Source: Octopus sinensis (lineage: Eukaryota). From it: a stretch of 64,000 nt of DNA. Numbering within the stretch: position 1 is the first letter of the stretch; each line of letters starts with the position of its first letter. The position numbers and the translations under genes were made by a program. The DNA lies in contig NC_042998.1 in NCBI RefSeq assembly GCF_006345805.1, positions 25,916,001-25,980,000 of the forward strand. The letters run 5' to 3'. This document shows, piece by piece, positions 39,459 through 51,238 of the stretch. The notes beneath the pieces were generated by a model that was not told the DNA's origin, searched no databases, and worked only from the letters and a program-made list of their open reading frames with translations.

Positions 39459-39896
39459 TTTTAGATAGTGTGAAACTAGACACAAGCATGGCTGTGTGAC
39501 TAAGACAGTTGCTTCACAATCTAATGGTTTCAAGTTCACTTTCCCTGTGGTGTGGCAAGAGTAAGTGTTTTCTACAAGGCCCTGGGCCAACCAAAGCCTT
39601 GGGAGTGGATTTGGTAGACAGAAACTGAAAGAAGCTCATTGTATATATGTATGTATATATATATATGTATGTGTGTTTGTGTATGTGTTTTTATCCCCCC
39701 CACTCCACTTGACAAATGAGGTTGGTTTCTTTACACCCCTATAACTTAGCAGTTCAGCAAAAGAGAGTGATAAAATAAGTATCAGGCTTAGAAATAATTA
39801 TGTGATCCCTCATACTGTAGTACTGTAGTTCATACAGAAACCTGCTTGCTCCCTCATCAGTTTGTCATTGAAATGTTTCAAAAGTGTGGTGATTAT

Positions 39897-40610
39897 TTAA
39901 CCCTTTCATTACTGTATTTATTTTGAGATGCTCTGTGTTTCTTTTAATTAATATTAAATATAACAAAGAATTTATTAAAATAACTTAGTTATCATTAAGC
40001 TATTGTTAGGAACATAAATTGTGACTAAGATTTAGTGGAAGATTTTAGTTCAAAACTTATGAATACAAGACATTTGTACTACAGAACCAGAGGCAGTTTC
40101 AGGCAGGTTGGTATCAAAAGGGTTAGATTAATGATTTGTTAACCCTTTTGTTATCATATTTCTGTTGAGATGCTCTGTGTTTCTTTCAATTAATTTTAAA
40201 TATAACAAAGAATTTAGTAAAATAACTTAGTTATCATTCAGCTAGTGTTAGAAACATAAATTGTGACTAAGGTTTGGTGGAAGATTTTAATTCAGAACTT
40301 ATGAAAACAAGATATTTGTACTACAGAACCAGAGGCAGTTTCAGGCAGGTTGGTATCAAAAGGGTTAAATTAATCATTTGTTAACCCTTTTGCTACCATA
40401 TTTCCTTTGAGAGGTTCTGTGTTTCTTTCAATTAATTTTAAATATAACAAAGAATTAAGTAAAATAACTTAGTTATCATTAAGCTAGTGTTAGAAACATA
40501 AATTGTGACTAAGGTTTGGTGAAAGATTTTAATTCAGAACTTATGAAAACCTGACATTTGTACTAAAGAGCCAGAGCCGGTTTCAGCCAGGTTGGTAACA
40601 AAAGGGTTAA
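39897..40610 (-). mobile_element. Second trimer of the piggyBac-like MITE, inverted relative to 12669-13369
   Basis: Three TTAA-CCCTTT...AAAGGG-TTA(A/G) units; linkers ATTAATGATTTG (40127-40138) and ATTAATCATTTG (40369-40380). A solo end fragment lies at 47389-47463. Confidence 0.8.
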
Positions 40611-40659
40611 ACAGCTTGTAGAGGTGAGACACGAGGCATGATGTGTGATCGTTTTTCAG

Positions 40660-40850
40660 GCTTTCTTTATGGATCCTTCTTATGGAGCAAAATGGTATTC
40701 AACTCTTTCTACAGCAACCTTCTTTCAGAAAGTGACTGAAGTGTAGAATGAGGGTTTTCCCACAGCTCTTCTTTTCCACTTCTTAACATCTCCATTGTTA
40801 TGCTATCTTTTTTTGAGGGCTTTATCTGTTTTCATCAGATTGAGGACATT
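40660..40850 (-). mobile_element. RTE-like reverse transcriptase N-terminal remnant
   Basis: Minus translation DSITMEMLRSGKEELWE...NTILLHKK matches the KAPGxDxITxExL...IILIHKKG region of RTE ORFs. Confidence 0.5.
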
Positions 40851-41414
40851 TTCATTTCCATTGAGCAAAATAGGTGGCACTTTAAAGACAACAGATGCAA
40901 ACGCACAGTTGCCAAGTGATATCCAAGAAATCAAAAAAGGCTACTGGGAAAACCTCCATGTTGATAAGAAGATAATTTAATAAAAAAAAGCTGGGCTGAG
41001 ATTGAAAAGAATGGTACAATCAAGAAAGAATTAGAAACACATTATGAACAGAAGTGTATAACATCTGATAGTCTCGTCTATGTAATACAGGTGATATTAG
41101 TTATTAAGTTCATAGCATATTTGGTCTGATAATATGCTATTATATATTTATATAACATAGGGTTTTGTAATTCCAGGATTCTTGTTATACTTGCACTGCA
41201 TCTAACCATGAATCTGTTGCAATATAGAAATCTATTTTCCTAATGGTAGCTAACAGTGTGTATGTGGACAGGAAATGAATAGAAATATCACAGGATTAAC
41301 ACAACAATCATTGACTGTATATAATGTTTACTGTTATTTCCTATTTACTGACAGTAGTAGGCGTCTTCCTACCTTATTGGTATATGACTACTACTACTGA
41401 TAACAATAATAGTC

Positions 41415-41469
<55 letters not shown>

Positions 41470-41715
41470 TAATAATAATGATAATAATAATAATGATAAT
41501 AATAATAATAATAATAATAATCTTTTCTACTCTAGGCACAAGGCCTGAAATTTTGGGAGAGGTGGCCAGTCGATTAGATTGACTCCAGTACACAACTGGT
41601 ATTTAATTTATCGACCCCGAAAGGATGAAAGGCAAAGTTGACCTCGGCGGAATTTGAACTCAGAGCGTAGCGGCAGACGAAATACCGCTAAGCATTTCAC
41701 TCGGGCCCTGATGCA

Positions 41716-42260
41716 GTACCAGGCAGTGGCTCTCATGGCTTCTGATTTTAACTCATTGGAAGTGTTATCATGTACATTGTTTTGTCTTGGTATAAAAGAT
41801 GGGCTACAGCAAATATTCTGCTCAATACCACAGATCTGCTTGTCAGTTGTTTGACCTTAACCAGTTGAGCATGGCCCTTAGTGGCTGATGATATGTGCAT
41901 CTCTGATCACGAGCAGAAGTAGTGGGGGAGCATCATAGCCATGTGTTGAGAGGGATTCTTTGGGGTTTGAATAATTCACCTCTGGAAACATAGGTGTTTC
42001 GTTCAACATCCTTAAGCAGCCCTTATTCAGGGACCTTTTGAGTGGAATGGGTTACCTGACCAGAAGAAAATTCTGACTGGGCCTCACCTGCAAGGTCATG
42101 TGCTGTTTATCTTGATATGAGATTACTATGTCGTGGACATATGGTTGTGATGCATGTGCCTGGTGTACCCTTATAAGATGGGTAGTCATGATGGGTGTAT
42201 TAGGCTTCGTATATTTCACCCCAGTGTCACTTTGATGGCATGCACTGCTCTCTCACTCAA
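41716..42260 (+). mobile_element. TAA-tailed retroelement 3' fragment, copy 2
   Basis: Aligns to 10102-10545 with an extra 5' portion of about 100 bp. Confidence 0.7.
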
Positions 42261-42276
42261 TAATAATAATAATAAT

Positions 42277-42548
42277 AAGTAGTTGTGGTCGATGAAAAAG
42301 GTGGTAGTAGTACCTATAATTGTTGGAGCTCTGGGAACAGTGAGTAAAAATCTCGAGAAGTACATGGAACAAATAGGGGCTTGCAGAAAACAGCAATGCT
42401 TGGAACTGGTCGAATACTCCGGAAGGTGCTCGAAAAATAAGAGGTGTTACCTTGGTTCACTAGTAGTGAACAGCTGATGCTGTAGTACATCTCTAGCATT
42501 AGAAGCTGTGCAAAGGCAATAATAATAATAATAATAATAATCAATAAT
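42277..42548 (+). mobile_element. R4/Dong-like LINE 3' end (subfamily 1)
   Basis: LWSMKKVVVVPIIVGALGTVSKNLEKYMEQIG C-terminus of an RLE-type ORF, 3' UTR ending GCTGTGCAAAGGC then (AAT)n; same family at 55171-55545. Confidence 0.85.
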
Positions 42549-42859
42549 AAATCTCTGAACAAGGTATAAACAGTAACTGCACGACAATGTGAAGTATATT
42601 TTCCACTTAAATGTGGCTAACCACTAAGGGTGAATGTTACTGTAGCTTGTAGCCCCAGAAGAACATCTCCAGCTGGCTATTGACACACTTTCTGTCCCCT
42701 TTCGGTATTTGCAAAGGGAAGCCATCTTTCCCATTGTCGACCTGATGTGATACACATGGACCTAGGTTTCTGGATATTTACCCGCTGATGACGGGTAAAT
42801 ATTACTATATGTATTGGCCATGATACTGCTCAGTCTAATATTGCAAAAAGTTAAATAGA

Positions 42860-43560
42860 TTACGATTTGGGGAAAGGATATGGTCAGATAAATCTTCTCC
42901 TTTTTATGGATGATATGAAGATTTATGCGAAAAATGAGAAACAGCTAGAAAGTCTTGTATATAGAGTGCTTGCATTTTCTGAATTGATGTAGGTATGGAA
43001 TCTGGGATTGAAAAGTGTGTTATATTGAAAATGAAATGAGGAAGATTTGAAGGAGGCCATGGAAGTGAAATGCCAACTGAGTAAATAATAAAAGTGGTTG
43101 AGAAAGGACTGTGGTATAAGTATTTGGGGATATCAAAGGCAGATGAACTAAAACGTGAAGAGATAAAACAAATTTACCTGTAGGAAGTATACAAGAAGAA
43201 GGAGGAAAATTCCTACAGTCAAAGTTGAATTTGGAAAATCTTATTGGAACAATAATTGCAAGAACAGTACGAGTAATCAAAGATGGAACTGGAACTGTAT
43301 ACGGAACCAAAAATGACATGCAGAACTTGACAGAAAAACTAGAAAGTTGTTGAGAATGTATGGGGGCCCACCATCCAAAAGCTGATATGAACCAGTTGTA
43401 CATGAAGAGGAACCAGGGTGGAAGAAGCTTAATTGCTGTGGAAGTGTGTGTACAGATGGAAAGGAAAAGCCTATGAGAATATTTACAGAACAGCTCAGAG
43501 GAATTTACTAAAGTTGGTAAATAAGGAACAAGTGATGAAGTAGGGCAGAGGCAAAAAGGA
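42860..43560 (+). mobile_element. R4/Dong-like LINE reverse transcriptase fragment
   Basis: INLLLFMDDMKIYAKNEKQLESLV catalytic region followed by frameshifted thumb-region sequence. Confidence 0.8.
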
Positions 43561-43893
43561 TAAGAATGAAATTCAAAGAGGGAATGTTAAACAGTTCTTA
43601 ATTTCATTTGTCTTAGTATGAAAGTTTATTTGTGTTAGTAGAAACTCATCGAGGGCTGCAGATTGCCCATGCATGCATTAGACAGTACACATTACATGAA
43701 ATTTTAACCAATCAGAAATTTTGTTTGGTCAAAAACTACTATTGTTCTGAACCACGTTCTGGACATTTAAACAAAATAAAGCTGCTGTCTATGCTGGCTG
43801 TCTTAGTGTGACTGGCAGTTTTGGTAAGCTGTTAAATTTGACACTTCCTCTTTTCCCATATGTAGATGTTATCCTTACTTTAACCTCTACAAA

Positions 43894-44200
43894 GTGGACG
43901 CACATAGCCTAGTGGTTAGAGCAGCGGACTCGCCATTGATGGATCGCAGGTTTGAATCTCAGACCGGGCAATGTGTGTGTGTTTATGAGTGAAGCACCTA
44001 AACTCCATGCAGCTCCAGCAGAAGGTAATGGCAAAACTCCTGCTGACTCTTTTGCCACAACTTTCTCTCACTCTTTCCTCCTGTATCTTGCTTCTCACCT
44101 GCAACTGATCAGCATGCCATCCAGGTGGGAAACCTATACGCCAAGGAAACCAGGAAACCAGCCCTAATGAGCCAGGCATGGCTCGAGAAGGAACAAACAA
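43894..44200 (+). mobile_element. SINE family C
   Basis: GTGGACGCACATAGCCTAGTGGTTAGAGCAGCGGACTCG head; tail as 5979-6275. Confidence 0.8.
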
Positions 44201-45039
44201 TACACATGTGTAAGGTGAAGATGGAAGGGCCTACAGGATATGCCTGAAAGTACACAAATGAGACACACTATGTGACCCAGACGCAAATGAGGCCTGCACA
44301 TCAGTATGCACATTGCAAACAGATCTATAAGATATACATTCATATAAGTGCATCTGTATGATACAAGCATAGCATCTTTAACTTTTTTAGCCTTTTACTC
44401 GTTTCAGTCATTTGACTGCGGGCCATGCTAGAGCACCGCCTTTTAATCAAGCAAATTAACCCCAGGACATATTCTTTGGAAGCCTAGTACTTATTCTATT
44501 GGTCTTTTTTGCCGAACCACTAAGTTACGAGGACGTAAACACACCAGAATCAGTTGTCAAGCGATTTGGGGGGACAAACACAGACACAAACATATACACA
44601 CACATACACACATATATGTATGTATATATATATATATATATATACACATATATACACATATATACATATATACACATATATACGACGGGCTTCTTTCAGT
44701 TTCTGTCTACCAAATCCACTCATTAGCATCTGTTCATCAAGATCTAAAATAAAAAAATGATATTAGTATTTTGTTAAAATACGTTTATGATTATGAATGT
44801 GCATGGCTTAGTGGTTAGGGTATTGTACTAATGATCACTAGATCGTGGGCTTGATTCCCAGACGAGGTGGCACATTTGGCCTGCTTGCCTCACCAGTGGG
44901 GTGGCATCATTCAAAAGCTAAATGACACTGCAAAATTGCACTATGGCTCACGATGTATAAGAACATCAGAAAGTCTTGTCTATATCATGATACCATGATA
45001 CATATCTGGTTAACTTTCGTGCTACAGCATGCTCTAAGT

Positions 45040-45393
45040 CATAGGTTCTCAAATTGGGTACTACTGCACCCCAATGGGCATTGAGAGTATCAAGGTGGGC
45101 ACTGGTGTCTCAGGGGGTGGAGGGGTGGTAGAGACAAAGGCGGTTTGGGGAGGAAGGCAGTGGATCGGGGGATGCTATGAATTTATTATAATATTATTAT
45201 AGTATTGTATACAAATTATATAATACTATATTAAATATCAAATGATTCATGGCATATATAAATTAGTAAAATATAAAATATTTATTTATACATAAAAACA
45301 GGAGTATATGTGGCCATATATATATACATAAAAACTGAGAGTATTATGTGGCCATGAGGAGCAGCAGTGGCGAAAAAAGTTTGAGAACTTCTG
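45040..45393. mobile_element. hAT (Charlie-like) MITE
   Basis: TIRs CATAGGTTCTCAAA / TTTGAGAACTTCTG; 8-bp TSD CTCTAAGT / CTCTAAAT. Confidence 0.7.
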
Positions 45394-45884
45394 CTCTAAA
45401 TAAATGTTAAACTGGGAATTGAATAAAGATGGAAAGAAGCCTGATTCATATTTCTTATTTCTTTATTGCCCACAAGGGGCTAAACACAGAGGGGACAAAC
45501 AAGGACAGACAAAGGGATGAAGTCGATTACATCGACCCCAGTGCGTAACTGGTACTTTATTTATTGTCCCCGAAAGGATGAAAGGCAAAGTTGACCTCGG
45601 CGGAATTTGAACTCAGAATGTAACAGCAGACGAAATACCACTAAGCATTTGGCCTGGCGCGCTAACGTTTCTGCCAGCTCACTGCCTTTCTGCTCAGCTC
45701 TCTAATTAAGTTATCCCAAGTATTTCCCCAGTACTCATGTCAATATGTATATGTATGTATCAGCATAAAATGCATCCAGATTTAATGTATAAAAAATCCA
45801 CATACAAGGATATGTAATGCTGAGTATTACCCAATGAAAATATGTTTGATACAAATATAAACTTGAAATTGAAACTTGATTGTC

Positions 45885-46500
45885 ACCCTTTTCAAGCCTA
45901 GTCAGGCTCATGGGCCTGATTTCCCAGTTTCTGTGGCGTATGTGTTCACCCCAGCTGGACGGGATGCCAGTCCATTGCAGCGTTACTCAGGAAACAGAAA
46001 GAGAGAGTGAGAGAAAGTTGTGGTGAAAGAGTAGAGCAGGGATCGACCCCCCCCTGATGGAGCCTCGTGGAGCTTTTAGGTGTTTTCGTTCAATATACAC
46101 TTATTAATCCGAGGGGAGGCAATGTGAGCAGCAACTAAAGCAACATTACAAAATCCACAGAAAGATCAAACGCATACATATATTCATATATTCATTTATA
46201 TCTACAGAACAGATATAAAGTCCGGTGTTTAAAAATATAATAATATATAAATATATAAACATCATATAAAATATATAAATATATAAGAGTCAGTGTTGCA
46301 TATGTAACACATTGAATTTACGCTTAAAATCATAAAACATTTGGTAAAAATTTGCTGAATTAAAAATTTGGGGTAATAAAACATACAATGACATATTAAT
46401 AAACTCAATAAACACACACAACGCCCGGTCTGGGAATCAAAACTGCGATCCTCCGACCCCGAGTCTGTTGCCCTAACCACTGGGCCATTGCACCTCCACG
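45885..46500 (-). mobile_element. SINE family C interrupted by a 303-bp insertion
   Basis: Head at 46404-46500 and body/tail at 45885-46100 rejoin into the family consensus. Confidence 0.8.
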
Positions 46501-47616
46501 AAATGATTAACAGTATTCTAAAAGGAAAAGAAATGAATAGGGAGAATTAATTGAATATAAAAGCTGTTCGACACATAATCTGTTTACTTCACCGGGGGAT
46601 AACAGCAGTAATTTTTCTGGTTTTGATGTTTTATTCTCAAATTCTGTAAAGAGATGATGGACCTGCATCTGTCTTATTTTCTGTCATTCAGACATCTCGT
46701 GTAAGAACTGGTGTTCTGTTGTGTTGCTGCTGAGGTAGTCAATATTCTTCAACACTAGTAATTGCTCTATTATAGTTGGTTACCGTGATTCCAGGCTGCA
46801 GTAAAGTGGCAACAAAGACAAAAGTGCTGCTTTTAACATTAAATCATATGTCAGAGAACTGGCTCCAAACTGGGTTGACTGCCAGAAATGGAAAAGCTAT
46901 GAGCAGAAAGTTGACTGAAAGAACTGGTATAGTTAATGTTACCATAGTGACTGCAATAAATTTGAACATAGATTTTTAAAATGTTGTTGTTGTAATTGTA
47001 AACGAAGATGGTGACAAAAGCAAGGAATTTTCAATGCACTTGCACACCACATGTTTCCCAATCCTGTAAAACATACATATACATGCAATGCTGTTCAATT
47101 TGTCAAACGTCTGTATAATTAGAAAAATGTCTGTTCAAAAGTTTTCAGGACTCTGATAGTAATGTTTGAATGTTGGCTTACCAATACTAGTTTCAAATTT
47201 TAGCATAAGGTCAGAAACTTCAAAGGAGGGAGCAAGTCAATTACATCAACCCCAGTACACAACTGCTACTTATTTTATCGACCCCAAAAGGATGAATGGC
47301 AAAGTCGACCCCTGCTCCTGAATCATATTGTTTGAGATGCAATCCCACTGTCTGCTACTTGCACAGGTCTCTTCTGACATACCTCAGTTTAACCCTTTCA
47401 TTACTGTATTTCTTTTGAGATACTCTGTGTTTCTTTCAATTAGCTTTAGTTGTCATTAAGCTGACAACAAATGAAGGGTCCTTTCTCTGTGTTCACTTGT
47501 CTTGTTTTCCATTTTTTTTCTTTCTTGTTGTTTACATACTTCACTCATTTTTCCCTAATTTGTTTACATATTTCATGTTATTTGCACCGTTGATGATGTC
47601 CTGTACCTATATCTGC

Positions 47617-47670
<54 letters not shown>

Positions 47671-49596
47671 GAACAATAGTCGAAGCCTAGAGTGTTATAT
47701 ACCCATATGGCCAGATTTACCCATTGGTTTCACACTGGATGCTAAACCAGGTGTTAGATAACAGCCCAAGTGTATAACACTGTGTTCTTCAGAGCTGGCA
47801 GTTATGGAAGAAAATGTGGCTTTGTTCTCTTCCGTAATTGCAAGAATTACGGGATTTGATGTAGGCACAGACTAGCCTGTCCTGACTCCATTTACACAGA
47901 TGCTCTAACAAGGATTGGGGGTAGTTTATTTGATTTGGCTTCAGCTAAAAATTCTGGTTCTGTGCCTTGCTTCAAAGCAAAAGACAAAATTATTACACTC
48001 ACACACACACACACACACATACATATATGTCTGCATAAGTATGTTCTCTCACTCGCCCTCTTTCTCTCATGAGTAATTATCTGTCTATCTAGTTTTCTAA
48101 TGTGTGTGTCTGTGTATACATACATACATACATAAATACATACATACATACATACATACATTACATACATACATAGTTTTAGACCATGATGAATATGGAC
48201 ACGATTTTTCACCTCAAACAGACATTATTTGTAGAGGAAGTGATGTAAGTTTGGTTGAGAAAATAACTTCTATTTATAATTCAAAGTTTATAAGAGAGGA
48301 AATTATACAAAGAATAATTGCCATTCTTGACGAAATAACAAGATATTGAAGCAATTTAGACAGACATAATTCCCTGACAATTACTTTAAGCAATTCTACC
48401 AGTGGTTTAACCCAGTAAACAAGAATAGATGTCTGTAATCCAAATAAATGGAAAGATCATTAGAAATCTACAAGTAACTCAGGAACCTAGAAATTAAGAA
48501 AAAAAAAAAAAGAAATGAAATCTATGTGATAGCACTCTATTTTTATCTTCTAAAAGGCTTTTTAGTAAATTATACAATTATCTAGGAAGCAAAGATAAGA
48601 AAATTATGATAAGATCATAAGAAGAAAATATATGGAAACATTCTGGTTAAAATGATCAACAAGATTTAAATATTATTTCTGTCTTTGAAAAACATTTTAA
48701 TATAATAATTTTCCAATAAAATAGATATATTTATCTGTAAGGTGCGATAGGCTAAAGAATGTATTTTTAAATAGTTTAACAGGTCATAACGAAATTAAAT
48801 GATTTAATTGAAAAATAAGAAAAAAAAGGTATAATGTTTTGTTTTTGTTTTTGTTGTTGTTCAAATCAGAATCAGTCCTGACAGATTGATTAACTCTTTA
48901 AATGAAAAGCAATTATTCAAGAGTGGTTTGCATAAGACTACAGTGTCAAATGTGTATTCCATCATCATCATTTAACGTCCGTTTTCCTTGCTAGTATGGG
49001 TTAGATGGCTTGACAGGAGTTGGCAAACTTGTTAGCTGCACAAGGCTATATTTGTCTGTTTTGTTAAGGTTTCCACAGCTGAATGCCCTTCCTAACACTA
49101 ACAACCTTACAGAGTGCACTGGGTGCTTTTTACATGGCACCAGCACAGGTGCTCTTTACATGGCGCTTAAAATACTATCATGTAATGTACTTGAAATTCA
49201 ACTGTTATTCATAACAGGCTGAGTAACTGCAAATAAACTCATTCACTTGAAATTCTATGTTGATACAAGAATCAACCACATCTAATTGAATCTTCTAAAG
49301 AGGTTATGAGTTAATATCAACTCCTAATAGAGTCACGAGGCCAATATTTTGGGGCCCATAGTCATTAATATCAAACAAGTACTTTACTTTCAACTTACGA
49401 TGAAAGTAGACAAAGTTTGCTTTAGAAGCGTTGAGATTTATGGAAAGATACAGAAATAATTTATTCTCAAACGCCTGATAATGCTAATATCATAGCATTG
49501 AATAGGATAAATTATCCATATATTGCAAGAAATATTCGTTACAAGCCAGCCATGAGACTCGAACTCACATCCCTGTGATTATGCATCAAGTGCTTG

Positions 49597-49668
49597 GGCA
49601 GTTTAGTTTAAAGGTAAAGCACTTCATGCGTAATCACAAGGATGTGTGTTTGAGTCTCATGGCCGGCT
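49597..49668 (+). pseudogene. tRNA-Thr(CGT)-like degenerate sequence or SINE head
   Basis: 72 nt; A-box-like TAGTTTAAAGGTAAAG, anticodon loop TGCGTAA, T-arm that is GTGAG-TTCGAGT-CTCAT in the inverted copy; acceptor and anticodon stems imperfect. Confidence 0.5.
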
Positions 49669-49742
49669 AGCAACGAAATTTTCTGCTATATATGGATAGT
49701 CTATCCTGTTTATGCTATTGTATTAGTATGGCATTAGTATTT

Positions 49743-50334
49743 AAGGCGGCGAGCTGGCAGAAACGTTAGCACGCCGGGCAAAATGCTTAGCAGTATTTCG
49801 TCTCCCGCTATGTCCTGAGTTCAAATTCTGTCTTTCATCCTTTCGGGGTCGATTAAATAAGTAACAGTTACGCACTGGGGTCGATATAATCGAATTAATC
49901 CGTTTGTATGTCCTTGTTTGTCCTCTCTGTGTTTAGCCCCTTGTGGGTAGTAAAGAAATAGGTATTTCGTCTGCTGCTACGTTCTGAGTTCAAATTCCGC
50001 CAAGGTCAACTTTCCCTTTCATCCTTTCGGGGTCGATTAAATAAGTACAAGTTACGCACTGGGGTCGATGTAATCGACTTAATCCGTTTGTCTGTCCTTG
50101 TTTGTCCTTTCTCTGTGTTTAGCCCCTTGTAGTTAGTAAAAAAATAGGTATTTCATCTCCCGCTACATCCTGAGTTCAAATTCTGCCAAGGTCGACTTTG
50201 CCTTTCATCCTTTCGGGGTCGATTAAATAAGTACCAGTTATGCACCGGGGTTGATATAATCGACTTAATCCATTTGTCTGTCCTTGTTTGTCCTTTCTCT
50301 GTGTTTAGCCTCTTGTGGGTAGTAAAGAAAAATC
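49743..50334 (+). mobile_element. SINE family B concatemer (one head, three bodies)
   Basis: Junctions AAATAGGTATTTCGTC at 49961 and AAATAGGTATTTCATC at 50147; units about 169, 186 and 188 bp. Confidence 0.85.
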
Positions 50335-50841
50335 GGTATTAATATTATCATGCGTTTGAGAATAAATTATTTCTGTATCTTTTAAGTACTTCACTCTTTT
50401 ATTGATCCTGTGAAAATTTGAACTTAGAGTGCAAAGAGACATAAATGGATATTATAAATATTTTCGTTCATCATTTACCACCACTGGCAATATCACCAGC
50501 AGATTACTTTCACAAAAGTAGAGATAAAACATATTGAATTTGATAACAGTTCATGATAACAGTTCATAGTCCTGGATCAAATGGCATTCTGATTACTGAA
50601 ATCAGATACACCTCATTACCTCTTTAATGACATATTTTTCACATAGCATGTCACGTGCCAATTGAGTCAAATTATCCCTAAGAACCGGCCTTATCAATAT
50701 ATCTATATTTGCATGAATTGGGTCAATCTAATTTTAGAGTTGCCCAGTCAAGTGTCTGAAATTTTCAAATTAAAGATTTCATGTTAAAATACAGTTAAGT
50801 ACAATGCCAATCTCTGACAAATTCTAATTAGATATCTAGGT

Positions 50842-51238
50842 TGCAGGAGTGGCTGCTAACCAACCACATGGTTCCGGGTTCAGTCCCACTGCGTGGCACC
50901 TTGGGCAAGTGTCTTCTGCTATAGCCCCGGGCCGACCAATGCCTTGTGAGTGGATTTGGTAGACGGAAACTGAAAGAAGCCTGTCGTATATATATATATA
51001 CATATATGTGTGTGTTTGTGTGTCTGTGTTTGTCCCCCTAGCATTGCTTGACAACCGATGCTGGTTTTTTTACGTCCCCGTCACTTAGCGGTTCGGCAAA
51101 AAGAGACCGATAGAATAAGTACTGGGCTTACAAAGAATAAGTCCCGGGGTCGATTTGCTCGACTAAAGGCGGTGCTCCAGCATGGCCACAGTAAAATGAC
51201 TGAAACAAGTAAAAAAGAGTAAAAAAAAAGAAAAAGAG
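50842..51238 (+). mobile_element. SINE family A
   Basis: Full-length copy; further full copies at 56494-56910 (+) and 59632-60092 (-). Confidence 0.85.

Noticed and set aside
43700-43855. CCAAT box (AACCAATCAG) and ETS-like ACTTCC as a promoter
   Set aside because: Isolated short motifs with no linked start site or CpG-rich context.
46600-47065. GC-richer unique stretch with a good minus-strand acceptor at about 47064 and a hydrophobic short ORF
   Set aside because: All frames close quickly and no family is recognisable; could be UTR or decayed sequence.
49597-49668. Functional tRNA-Thr gene
   Set aside because: Acceptor and anticodon stems are mismatched and the T-loop is mutated in this copy; kept only as tRNA-like.
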